Positions 45,558-54,786 of a DNA stretch of 64,000 nucleotides are shown piece by piece (within the stretch, counting starts at the first letter, position 1; each line of letters opens with the position of its first letter). The notes under the pieces are model-generated. The model was not told where the DNA came from and made no database searches. It was given only the letters and a program-made list of their open reading frames with translations. The position numbers and the translations under genes are program-made. Source of the DNA: a bacterium (GTDB lineage Bacteria; Patescibacteriota; Minisyncoccia; Phycocordibacterales; JAGLPS01); contig JAUYHB010000006.1 in assembly GCA_030690305.1 (NCBI GenBank), positions 5,668 through 69,667 of the forward strand, written 5' to 3'.

Positions 45558-47642
45558 TTAAATGTCGAGGTTGGCTTTATGGGCGTTGGATTGGATAAAT
45601 GATTTTCGGGAAGCCACATCGTCGCCCATGAGAATTTCAAATATTTTATCCGCCTCGCGGGCATCGTCAATTGTCACCTGTTTTAAAATGCGTCTTTTGG
45701 GATCCATAGTCGTTTCCCACAATTCTTCGGCGTTCATTTCTCCGAGACCTTTGTAGCGCTGAATATTTACTTTAGGAACTCTTTTTGCCTTCTCCTCTTC
45801 AACTTCCACAGTTTCGGGCTCGGCGCCTTCTTCCTGCACCTCTTCAACTTCTTCCGCTTCTTTGGCGTCTACACCAAGGTCTTTGAGAGACTTGAGTTTT
45901 TCATTATCGGAATATGCATAGCGGACTTCTTTGCCTTTGGAAATCTTGTACAACGGGGGCTGGGCAATATAAATAAATCCGCCGTCAAGAAGACCTCGCA
46001 GAAAACGATAAAACATAGTAAGAAGAAGCGTTCTGATATGCGCACCGTCAACATCGGCATCTGTTGCGATAATGACTTTGTGGTAACGAAGATTGGTAAT
46101 ATCAAAACTGTCACCGATTGACGCTCCGAGAGCAACGACGAGATTTTTGATTTGTTCGGATGCAAGCGCTTTGTCCAAACGGGCACGTTCAATATTTAAA
46201 ATTTTTCCACGAAGCGGCAAAATTGCCTGAATACGGCGGTCACGTCCGCTTTTCGCCGTTCCTCCGGCGGAATCCCCCTCGACAATAAACAGTTCGGATT
46301 CTTCCGCGGACTTGCTTTGGCAGTCGGCAAGTTTCCCTGGAAGCATCATTCCCTCAAGCGCTCCCTTGCGCAAAACGCTGTCCTTGGCCGCTTTTGCGGC
46401 TTTTCGCGCCTTAAGAGCAAGAAGCACTTTGTTTATGATTGAACGTGCTTCGTCCGGATGTTCTTCCAAAAAAGCGGTAAATCCTTCAGAAAAAACGCTT
46501 TCAACCATTCCGCGCGCTTCAAGACTCCCCAACTTTGCTTTTGTCTGTCCTTCGAACTGGATTTCACGCAGTTTAACCGCCACAACCGCGGTAAGGCCTT
46601 CCAAGACGTCTTCTCCTGTCAGGCTTTCTTCTTTTTCTTTAATCAGATTATTGTTGCGGGCGTAGTTGTTTATGGTGCGGGTAAGAGCGGTTTTAAAACC
46701 GGTAACGTGCATACCGCCTTCCGAGTTATAAATGTTGTTTGCGAACGGTAATACACGGGAAGAAATATCATCCACATACTGAAGAGCGATTTCAACACTT
46801 TCGTATTCATTCGTATGTTTTTCGGTATAAAAAATATTTTTGTGAATCGGTTTGAAAAATTTGTTGTAAAAACTTACAAGCGACACAAGGCCGCCTTCAA
46901 AACAGAAGGTGTACGAAGGGGCTTCAAGATGAATGTCTTCAAGGAAAAATATTTCAGAATCGTCAATTTCTTTTTCCCCACGGGCATCAATAACAACAAT
47001 ACGCAGACCACGCACAAGATACGCCTGCTGACGCATATGGTCCATAACTTTATTCAAATCAAAAGAAATTTCTTTGAAAATTTCTTCATCGGGTTCAAAG
47101 GTGACGATAGTTCCCGTCATTTTTGATGAACCGATTTTTTTGACCGCGTGCTTTTTCTTTCCTTTAGCATATTCCTGAACATATTGCCCTCCGTCACGAT
47201 GCACCGAAACTTTCATGTGTATAGACAAGGCGTTGACTACCGAACCCCCGACACCGTGAAGACCTCCGGAAACTTTGTATCCTTCCCCGCCGAATTTTCC
47301 TCCGGCGTGCAACGTGGTCATTATTGTTTCAAGCGCGGAGACTTTCGTTTGTTTGTGAACGTCAACCGGAATCCCGCGGCCATTATCCGCTACGCGTACG
47401 CGATTCCCGGACAATAACGCCACTTCAATACGATTGGAAAAACCGCCCATCGCTTCATCCCGCGAGTTATCAAAAATTTCCCAAATAAGGTGGTGAAGCC
47501 CCTCGGAACTTGTGGTCCCGATATACATTCCCGGACGTCTTCTTACAGGCTCAAGACCCTCCAGAACGGTAATATCCTGGGCGCTGTAACTTCCCTTTTT
47601 GGAAGCTGGTTTTTCCTTTTTTTCCTCCTCTTTTTTCGGCAT
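45558..47642 (-). CDS. gyrB: DNA gyrase subunit B
   Basis: RRRPGMYIG, GGLHGVG, EGDSAGG, PLRGKILN, DADVDG, QRYKGLGEMN. Confidence 0.95.
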   Translation of the reverse strand: MPKKEEEKKEKPASKKGSYSAQDITVLEGLEPVRRRPGMYIGTTSSEGLHHLIWEIFDNSRDEAMGGFSNRIEVALLSGNRVRVADNGRGIPVDVHKQTKVSALETIMTTLHAGGKFGGEGYKVSGGLHGVGGSVVNALSIHMKVSVHRDGGQYVQEYAKGKKKHAVKKIGSSKMTGTIVTFEPDEEIFKEISFDLNKVMDHMRQQAYLVRGLRIVVIDARGEKEIDDSEIFFLEDIHLEAPSYTFCFEGGLVSLVSFYNKFFKPIHKNIFYTEKHTNEYESVEIALQYVDDISSRVLPFANNIYNSEGGMHVTGFKTALTRTINNYARNNNLIKEKEESLTGEDVLEGLTAVVAVKLREIQFEGQTKAKLGSLEARGMVESVFSEGFTAFLEEHPDEARSIINKVLLALKARKAAKAAKDSVLRKGALEGMMLPGKLADCQSKSAEESELFIVEGDSAGGTAKSGRDRRIQAILPLRGKILNIERARLDKALASEQIKNLVVALGASIGDSFDITNLRYHKVIIATDADVDGAHIRTLLLTMFYRFLRGLLDGGFIYIAQPPLYKISKGKEVRYAYSDNEKLKSLKDLGVDAKEAEEVEEVQEEGAEPETVEVEEEKAKRVPKVNIQRYKGLGEMNAEELWETTMDPKRRILKQVTIDDAREADKIFEILMGDDVASRKSFIQSNAHKANLDI

Positions 47643-47846
47643 AAAGAAAAATACTTTGTTGCTGTCTCTCGCTCGGAAAAGGGAGAAAATGCTCTCCCTT
47701 TTCACTCGCTCGTTGAGCAGTAAAAACAAAAAAACGAACTGATTTCGTACCCTCTATTATACCAAAAAACGGCCTCAAAATAAAGCTGTTTTGGACATTT
47801 GAACATGTTTTTCCCCTCCCTCGGGAAAAACGATAAAAACTGAAAA

Positions 47847-48371
47847 TTACCCTAAGAATATGGCTAATTTACGCCATTTTTTTAGAAAGTCTGGCAAAGT
47901 CATCTTTTGAAATGAGGAACCTCCGTCTTTTGTGTCAGGGTCATGAAAAATAATATGGGTAGGGCTTGCTGTTTCCCCCTCAAAACCCACAGCTAAAATG
48001 GCATGGAAAGAATCATTCGGCTTGGTAACTGACAGAAGAACCGGACGGTTTTCAGCAAGTTTTTTTATTATTTTACTAAGCCCAACTGTTTCCAGTCTCT
48101 CTTTAAACAAATCACTCGCGGAACGGAACTCCTCTTTGTATGAGGGAACTCCATGATTGTGGGCGAGAAAAACAAGTGAGTCGTGAGACCACCCATGTGG
48201 AGTATAACCACTTATGGAAACTCCTTCTTCAATAAGAGAATCAATTGAAGGAATATCCGAGGATAGAAAATCCAGACCCATCTTCAGACATGTAACGGCA
48301 CAGGCCTTTGAACGCCATGACTCATCGGTCACATTGTCGTACTGAGAATAAAAAGGTGCATCAAGAGTCAT
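47847..48371 (-). CDS. Peptidase C39-like (papain-fold) protein
   Basis: PFYSQ..W..ACAVTCLKM (Gln and Cys), GW.H, FHAILAVG (His), FHDP (Asp). Confidence 0.8.
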   Translation of the reverse strand: MTLDAPFYSQYDNVTDESWRSKACAVTCLKMGLDFLSSDIPSIDSLIEEGVSISGYTPHGWSHDSLVFLAHNHGVPSYKEEFRSASDLFKERLETVGLSKIIKKLAENRPVLLSVTKPNDSFHAILAVGFEGETASPTHIIFHDPDTKDGGSSFQKMTLPDFLKKWRKLAIFLG

Positions 48372-48375
48372 CGTA

Positions 48376-50739
48376 TTATCTTACTTTCCAATTTTTTTCT
48401 TTTTCCAGAGCATCGGACACGCGTTTCATAACGACATTAATTTCTTCGTCGGAAAGAGTCTTTTCAAAGGATTGGAATACGAGGCGAAAGGCATATGAAG
48501 TTTGTTTGCCACCTTCGGCATTTGTTTTTTCGAACACGTCAAACAGCCTGCTTTGGACAAGAAGGTCTCCCGCCTCTTTTGCAATAACGGAAAGAACAGT
48601 GTACGAGGTAATGCCGGATGGAACAAAAAGCGAAATGTCGCGAAGCATGAATGGATATGCAGAAATTTTCTCTACTTGTTTGGGGTGCTCATTGATACTT
48701 TCTTTTTCATAGGCTTTCGGTTCGGGAAGGGAGTCTATGATGTCGCCAAGGTCGATTTCATAACAAGTTTCGGAAACGGGAGGCAACTGCACGCCAAGAT
48801 GTTTCCCAAGATTTTCAACTGTCTCTGCCAGTTCCTCTATTTCCTTTTTCTCTTTTGATTTTTGTCCTTTTAACGCAAGAGTGAAAGAAAGTATTTCTCC
48901 TTTCATGGAAAAAACCGTCCCGATTTCAAAAATTTTAACCGCATCCAATCCAAGTAGGTCCGCATTTCGAAGATTTTCTTCAAGCGCTTTTTTGACCCCT
49001 CCTTGCAAATTTGGTCTCAAAAAATTTTTGTCCTCGGCAAGCGGATTGGCAATTTCAATGTCTCCGTGAGAAATAAGTGAATATGTGTACGTTTCGGAAA
49101 AGCCTTTCTCTATAAGGAAATGCCGAATGACACTCGTGTAATAAAAACGTTTGTGCACGGGCGGTTTGGAGGCCTTAGGAGGCATCACTGAGGCAATTTT
49201 GGAATATCCATAGACCCGTCCGATTTCCTCAGCAAGGTCTTCCTTGATACGGACATCAAGGCGTGTAAAAGGCACAGTAACAACAAAGCGTTCTTCCTCG
49301 GAGGGTATGTGGCGGCGGTAGCCGGCAATGTGCTTAAATCTGTCGCTTTCTTTTATTTTTTCAATCACAACCTTTCCCGCTTTCTGCGTAGCGTGGGCGA
49401 CTTCTCCGTCGCCAATATATACTCCACAATGGTCAACTCCTTCAGGGACCTTTGTCCCTTTTAAAAATTCTTTTGTTTCGTAGTGAACGCCATGCTCTCC
49501 AACTCCGGTATTTGCGTAAATAACATCCCCCGGTTTGGTTTCTTTCTCGGAAACCGGAGAACCCCACACATATTGGTCAACGGAAATACGTGGAATGCCT
49601 ACACCGGCGCTAACGTAAAGATATGCAACAAAAGAGGAACAATCAAAGGCCTGTCCACCTTCCCTGCCAACACTTGCTCCGCGTTTGTATGGGGTACCGA
49701 TATACTTTTTCGCGTCTTCAACTATTTTTTTTCTCGGAGAAACTATTTCATAAGAAAAACCCGCGCGGGTTAAGATATTTTCGATGTCTTTTTTCTGAAG
49801 TGCAATGCCCAGTATTTGTTCAATTTCATTTTTTGAAATTCCCACTTTGTATTGAACCTCATGATTCGGATATATATCAACAACGCCCTCCACGCTTGTT
49901 TTGTCTCCATGGGCTATGTCGAGAATGAGGGTGACAACCGATTGCATCGCTTCCATAGCGAGAGTGGCGGAAATTTCGTTTTCAAAACGAAGTGACGCAT
50001 CGGTACGCAGGTTGAGATCTTTGGAAAATTTTCTTACAAGAATCGGGTCGAAATTTGCGGCTTCAAGAACAATATTTTTTGTCTGAGAAGAAATTTCTGC
50101 TGCCCTGCCGCCCTTAATGCCCGCTATGCCGAGAATTGCACCTGAGTTTCCGTCCCGTATCAACGGAGTGCCCTGGGGAAGGTCGTATGTTTTTTCATCA
50201 AGTGCTTCCATCTTCTCTCCTTTCTTGGAGATATCAAGACTGATAGAAATTTTATCCGCCTTCTTTTCGAATTTGTCGGCATCAAAAGCATGAAGGGGCT
50301 GACCCAAAGAAAACATAACGTAGTTTGTTGCGTCAACAATATTATTGATTGAACGCTGGCCGATTGCTTCAAGACGCTTTTTAAGCCACTCGGGGCTTTG
50401 ACCCACTTTTATATCCCTGACCAAAGCTCCGACATATCGTCTGCAAAACGGATGCGCGAGAGAAATGGAAAGAGTTTTCGAGATGGGATATTTTTCAGTT
50501 TTTTCTTCTTTTTTAAGTGGAAGGTTCAGAAGCAGCGCCGCCTCCCGCGCAATTCCGCGATGTGAAAGACAGTCGTGATTCCTGTTTGGCAGAACGGCAA
50601 GATCAAAAATCACATCCTCCCCTTTCTCCTCAACCGATTCAACTTCAAAAGCCGACATTTCAATCGCTTCCGTGAACACGTCGGGCTTGGGAAGACTCCC
50701 CAAAATATAATCTGCAAGCCAGTGGTAACTTATTTTCAT
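48376..50739 (-). CDS. pheT: Phenylalanyl-tRNA synthetase beta subunit with inserted NlpC/P60 domain
   Basis: PNRNHDCLSHRGIARE, B3/4 NNIVDATNYVM..GQPLHAFD, TDASLRFE, RLDV..KEDLAEEIGRVYGY, FDX-ACB RDIS..FDVF..TLSDEEI; NlpC/P60 at about aa 334-480. Confidence 0.93.
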   Translation of the reverse strand: MKISYHWLADYILGSLPKPDVFTEAIEMSAFEVESVEEKGEDVIFDLAVLPNRNHDCLSHRGIAREAALLLNLPLKKEEKTEKYPISKTLSISLAHPFCRRYVGALVRDIKVGQSPEWLKKRLEAIGQRSINNIVDATNYVMFSLGQPLHAFDADKFEKKADKISISLDISKKGEKMEALDEKTYDLPQGTPLIRDGNSGAILGIAGIKGGRAAEISSQTKNIVLEAANFDPILVRKFSKDLNLRTDASLRFENEISATLAMEAMQSVVTLILDIAHGDKTSVEGVVDIYPNHEVQYKVGISKNEIEQILGIALQKKDIENILTRAGFSYEIVSPRKKIVEDAKKYIGTPYKRGASVGREGGQAFDCSSFVAYLYVSAGVGIPRISVDQYVWGSPVSEKETKPGDVIYANTGVGEHGVHYETKEFLKGTKVPEGVDHCGVYIGDGEVAHATQKAGKVVIEKIKESDRFKHIAGYRRHIPSEEERFVVTVPFTRLDVRIKEDLAEEIGRVYGYSKIASVMPPKASKPPVHKRFYYTSVIRHFLIEKGFSETYTYSLISHGDIEIANPLAEDKNFLRPNLQGGVKKALEENLRNADLLGLDAVKIFEIGTVFSMKGEILSFTLALKGQKSKEKKEIEELAETVENLGKHLGVQLPPVSETCYEIDLGDIIDSLPEPKAYEKESINEHPKQVEKISAYPFMLRDISLFVPSGITSYTVLSVIAKEAGDLLVQSRLFDVFEKTNAEGGKQTSYAFRLVFQSFEKTLSDEEINVVMKRVSDALEKEKNWKVR

Positions 50740-50741
50740 AA

Positions 50742-51437
50742 TTAAAACTGATTGATAAGGCGCATGTCTCCGTTATACAAAAGCCGCACATCGGGAATAC
50801 CGTATTTAAGCATTGCAAGACGGTCAAGCCCGCCCCCAAATGCAAAACCACTCCATTGCCCGGGGTGAATACCCGCCGCTTGAAGTGCGTGTGGGTGAAC
50901 CATGCCCGCGCCCATGACTTCAAGCCATTTACCTTGAAACTCAATATCTATTTCAACTCCCGGTTCAACAAACGGAAAATAACTCGGACGGAAACGGATT
51001 ATTATATCTTTTGAAAGAATTTTTCTGAAATACGCTTCAAGAATTGCCTTGAGATGTGCAAGAGAAACGTTCCGGTCTATCATCAGGCCCTCAAGTTGGT
51101 AAAACTGCGATTCGTGGGTCGCATCCGTTGCCTCGTGACGGAAAACCTTTCCTGGTGAAATAATCCGCAACGGCGGCGTATGCGTTTCCATGTAGCGAAT
51201 CTGCACCGGAGAAGTGTGCGTGCGGAGCAATTTTCTGTCTTCAAGCGGCTTAAGCCAGAACGTGTCCCACATGTCACGGGAAGGATGGTGGGCGGGAATG
51301 TTAAGTGCGTCAAAGTTGTAACGCTCGGTTTCTATCTCCGGACCGGTCGCTACGGCAAAACCAAGCTCGTTGAAAATCGCATTGGATTCTTCAATAAGAA
51401 TGCTGATAGGATGCAGATGTCCTTTGCCCGGTTCCAT
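50742..51437 (-). CDS. pheS: Phenylalanyl-tRNA synthetase alpha subunit, catalytic core only
   Basis: GHLHP, NFDALN, LRTHTSPVQIR, FRPSYFPFVEP, GFAFGGGLDR; start placed at the ATG 7 nt after TATAAT. Confidence 0.95.
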   Translation of the reverse strand: MEPGKGHLHPISILIEESNAIFNELGFAVATGPEIETERYNFDALNIPAHHPSRDMWDTFWLKPLEDRKLLRTHTSPVQIRYMETHTPPLRIISPGKVFRHEATDATHESQFYQLEGLMIDRNVSLAHLKAILEAYFRKILSKDIIIRFRPSYFPFVEPGVEIDIEFQGKWLEVMGAGMVHPHALQAAGIHPGQWSGFAFGGGLDRLAMLKYGIPDVRLLYNGDMRLINQF

Positions 51438-51469
51438 ACCCGCCATTATATAGAAAAGAAGGCTTTATT

Positions 51470-51518
51470 GTAAGCGCTTAGAACGCCCCCCGCCTTAGGC
51501 GGGTGGATGAATGAGCGC
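51470..51518. mobile_element. Isolated IS200/IS605-like terminal palindrome (no transposase)
   Basis: GTAAGCGCTTAGAACGCCCCCCGCC-TTA-GGCGGGTGGATGAATGAGCGC resembles the layout of IS605-type ends. Confidence 0.45.
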
Positions 51519-51681
51519 ATAAAGTTATGGGCGAGCGGTGGCTCGCACTTTAACAACAAAAAACCCACGGTCTCGTGCCAACACCCTGTGCTCTTGGCAG
51601 GAGGTTTTTTATTTCAAAGTTTTTTCCCGAAGAAAATTTGTAAAATAGCCAAAGAGGGGTATAATCAGGGAAAATTGAGAG

Positions 51682-52923
51682 ATGAATGACGCACAGACGG
51701 TGGTAATTTATATGCTTCTTTTTGTTTCCCTCTATTTTGAGGTTTTTTTGCTTGTAACGTATCTCGAAAAAAGAATTCAGATTAAATACGAGACGTCGCG
51801 TAAAAACACTTTTTTCCCTTCGGTTTCAATCATTGTTCCCTGTTTTAACGAGGAACACACCGTGGTAAAAACCATTCAATCACTTCTGCGTCTCGATTAT
51901 CCGGAAGAAAAAATTGAAATTATTGTCGTGAATGACGGAAGCCGCGATAAAACAGCGCAAATACTGAAGGAAAATTTTTCAACCGAAAAAAGAATCACCG
52001 TGCTCCATAAAGAAAATGGAGGAAAGTACACCGCCCTAAATTACGGCCTAACACATTCACACGGAGAATTTGTCGGTTGTCTGGATGCGGATTCTTTTGT
52101 TGAGCCGAGCACCCTTTCCAATATCATCTCGTATTTTGAAGATAAGACGATAATGTCGGTAGTTCCATCAATCATCGTTCACAGCCCGTCGACCGTCATC
52201 CAGTCGTTTCAGCAAGTCGAGTACCAATGGGGTATATTTTTGCGTAAAGTTCTTTCATATCTTGGAGCGTTATATGTTACTCCGGGTCCATTTTCTATTT
52301 TTCGCAGAGAAATATTCAATGTAATAGGAACATATACGGAAGGACACAAAACGGAAGACCTTGAGTTTGCTCTTCGTCTGCAAAAAAATCATTACAGAAT
52401 CGCAAATGCTCATAGTGCGTATGTTCATACTGTGGCTCCGAAAACGCTCAAGACCCTGTATGCCCAACGTCTCCGATGGACGTATGGATTTCTTAAAAAC
52501 GCTTTTGATTATCGGGAACTGTTCTTCAAGAAAGAATACGGTCACTTAGGGCTCTTTGTTCTTCCAATGGCAGCGGGAACTATTTTTACAACTCTGTATA
52601 CGGTAGGAAACGTCATTTTTGAAATGCTTATGAAGGGCGTTGAAAAGTGGGTTGAAATCGCCACGGTAGGAGTGGATATCTCCTGGAAAGGCTTTCATTT
52701 TGATTGGTTTTTTCTCAATACCGACGGGATTTTATTCCTCAGTACGATATTGTCGGTCATAACCGTATTGCTTATCCTTATTGGGAAAAAGCTTGCTGTT
52801 GGAAAGATGACTTTCTCAAGAGACCTTGTTTACTTTTTTCTCCTCTTCCCTTTTATTACACCTTTATGGCTTGGAACAGCGATTTACCGCGTCGCCTTTT
52901 CAAAAAAGGTAAGTTGGAGATAG
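51682..52923 (+). CDS. Family 2 glycosyltransferase (processive, PgaC/cellulose-synthase-like)
   Basis: SIIVPCFNEE, NDGSRD, LDADS, TED, QRLRW, C-terminal TM helices. Confidence 0.92.
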   Translation: MNDAQTVVIYMLLFVSLYFEVFLLVTYLEKRIQIKYETSRKNTFFPSVSIIVPCFNEEHTVVKTIQSLLRLDYPEEKIEIIVVNDGSRDKTAQILKENFSTEKRITVLHKENGGKYTALNYGLTHSHGEFVGCLDADSFVEPSTLSNIISYFEDKTIMSVVPSIIVHSPSTVIQSFQQVEYQWGIFLRKVLSYLGALYVTPGPFSIFRREIFNVIGTYTEGHKTEDLEFALRLQKNHYRIANAHSAYVHTVAPKTLKTLYAQRLRWTYGFLKNAFDYRELFFKKEYGHLGLFVLPMAAGTIFTTLYTVGNVIFEMLMKGVEKWVEIATVGVDISWKGFHFDWFFLNTDGILFLSTILSVITVLLILIGKKLAVGKMTFSRDLVYFFLLFPFITPLWLGTAIYRVAFSKKVSWR

Positions 52924-52927
52924 AATC

Positions 52928-53608
52928 ATGCGAGAAGGGATTGAAATAAAAAAATATTTCTTTGTGTTGCTTATAACCACGGCAATTTTTTTTACTGCTT
53001 TTTATATTTCAAACTACCTCAATGACAAGAAACTGACCGAACTGAAAACCATTGAAAACAGAATCGCCATAGATATTCTCTCCTCCGAAACTCAGTATTC
53101 ACTCCTTGCCGAGTCGTCATGTCAAAATATAGGAGCGTCTGTTCTTTCCGAGGAGCTTGGTCCTCTCGGGGAAAAACTGGCCTTCGCGGAAGAAAGCCGC
53201 GGGACAGATAATCCGGAAGTGATCGCTCTCAAAAAATCCTACTCTCTTCTTCTGATCAAAGACTACTTGCTCATGAACAAAATCAGCGAAAAATGTAAAC
53301 TTGACCCTGTTTTTATTCTTTATTTCTATTCAAACGAAGGCGATTGTCCGGACTGTGTACGGGAAGGATACGTGCTTACCCGTTTGCGGGAAAAATATCC
53401 GACCCTTCGTATTTACGCGTTTGACTACAATCTCCCTCTTTCAGCGGTAAAAACACTTGTTTCGATCAAACGTATTGGCAAGGACTTGCCTGCCCTTGTT
53501 ATCAACGATAAGGCCTATTATGGGCTCAGGAGTGTTGAAGAAATTGAAGCCATCATACCGGAAATCAAGGCGCTGGCGGAAACCGCCTCATCGACTCCGG
53601 GAAGATAG
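52928..53608 (+). CDS. Membrane-anchored protein with thioredoxin-like CxxC domain
   Basis: N-terminal TM, ILYFYS..CPDC..EGYVL, PALVIN. Confidence 0.65.
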   Translation: MREGIEIKKYFFVLLITTAIFFTAFYISNYLNDKKLTELKTIENRIAIDILSSETQYSLLAESSCQNIGASVLSEELGPLGEKLAFAEESRGTDNPEVIALKKSYSLLLIKDYLLMNKISEKCKLDPVFILYFYSNEGDCPDCVREGYVLTRLREKYPTLRIYAFDYNLPLSAVKTLVSIKRIGKDLPALVINDKAYYGLRSVEEIEAIIPEIKALAETASSTPGR

Positions 53609-53633
53609 CATTTTGACCGGTTCACTTTCAGTG

Positions 53634-53706
53634 AGCCGCCTCCCAGACTTGAACTGGGGACCTTCGCTTTACAAAAGCGTTGCTCTACCAACTGAGCTAA
53701 GGCGGC
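53634..53706 (-). tRNA. tRNA-Thr(UGU), CCA not encoded
   Basis: GCCGCCTTAGCTCAGTTGGTAGAGCAACGCTT-TTGT-AAAGCGAAGGTCCCCAGTTCAAGTCTGGGAGGCGGCT forms a cloverleaf with anticodon TGT. Confidence 0.96.
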
Positions 53707-53735
53707 GTGTTCTAAACAGTACCAAAAAGAAAAGC

Positions 53736-54158
53736 TTATTTCAAAGTTTCCGTTTCTTTCTCAACATTTTTCTCACTTCTCCCCTCATTCCCGTTCTTAT
53801 ATTCGGAAACCTGTTTCAAAAAGTCGGAATTTGTTCCGTTGTTTTTGAGGGGGTATTGCCCCCGGGAAGATTCTTTGAATGTATTATATTTTTTTTGAAG
53901 ATTGTTGAGAAAATTCAAAGCGGAATTTTTTATTCTTTGAAACGCCAACTTCAGTTGGTGTTTCAAACTCCCCTCCCCTTCTCCCCGAAAAAAGAAAAAG
54001 AACGCGCTGATTTTCGGAGCAAAATAGTTATCGAAGTTTGCCAACCACAGAGAAAGCCCGAACGAGCGGCCTTGTCTGCGTTCAAACTCTTTTAGAACAA
54101 ACAACCCGACAAGACATGTAAGGGAGAAAACGAAGAGTGTAAAAACTATTTTCTCCAT
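53736..54158 (-). CDS. Hypothetical protein with N-terminal TM helix
   Basis: Overlaps the tsf stop; hydrophobic N-terminus. Confidence 0.65.
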   Translation of the reverse strand: MEKIVFTLFVFSLTCLVGLFVLKEFERRQGRSFGLSLWLANFDNYFAPKISAFFFFFRGEGEGSLKHQLKLAFQRIKNSALNFLNNLQKKYNTFKESSRGQYPLKNNGTNSDFLKQVSEYKNGNEGRSEKNVEKETETLK

Positions 54159-54739
54159 TAGTCGATGGAAAAACGCGTAAAACGGACGACTTCCGTTTTT
54201 TCTCCGAATTTCTGAACCGCTTCTTCAATAAGATTTTGAATCGTTACTTCAGGGTTTTTAATAAATGCCTGGGCAAGCAGAACTCTTTCATTGAAATACG
54301 CATCAAGTTTCCCGGAAAGAATTTTTTCCTGAATTTCTTTCGGTTTTCCCGAAACCTCCTCGGAAAATACTTCCGTTGCCTTTGCCTTTGCGGCTTCGGG
54401 AATATCTTCTTTTTTCAAATATTCAGGATTAAGTGCCGCAACATGCATGGCAATATCATACGCAAGACGCTTGAATTCCTCGTTTCGGGCAACAAAGTCC
54501 GTTTCACAGGCAAGTTCAACAAGCACCCCCACCATTCCCGTATTGTGGATGTAAGCGGCAACGGTACCCGATTTAAGCTCGCGCGTCGCCTTTTTATCGG
54601 CAACAGCTTTGCTCTTTTTACGCAGGATGATAATCGCCTTTTCCTTGTCTCCTTGAGCTTCCTCAAGAGCCTTTTTGCATTCCATAACGGACACTCCGGT
54701 AATGTCTCGTAATTCTTTTATTTGTTCCGTAGTAATCAT
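54158..54739 (-). CDS. tsf: Elongation factor Ts (short form)
   Basis: IKELRDITG..MECKKAL, ELACETDFVA. Confidence 0.96.
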   Translation of the reverse strand: MITTEQIKELRDITGVSVMECKKALEEAQGDKEKAIIILRKKSKAVADKKATRELKSGTVAAYIHNTGMVGVLVELACETDFVARNEEFKRLAYDIAMHVAALNPEYLKKEDIPEAAKAKATEVFSEEVSGKPKEIQEKILSGKLDAYFNERVLLAQAFIKNPEVTIQNLIEEAVQKFGEKTEVVRFTRFSID

Positions 54740-54786
54740 AGTTATTTGCCTAAAGAACCAAAAAACGTGCGCGGAAGATTAAAGAT

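Noticed and set aside
45780-45880. Acidic insertion in the GyrB C-terminal region as a possible intein
   Set aside because: Short low-complexity loop with no Cys/Ser start, His-Asn end or endonuclease motifs. No inteins were seen in DnaE, RpoB or RpoC either.
49300-49740. PheT insert as an intein or other self-splicing element
   Set aside because: It lacks Hint-domain splice-junction residues; the motifs match NlpC/P60 instead.
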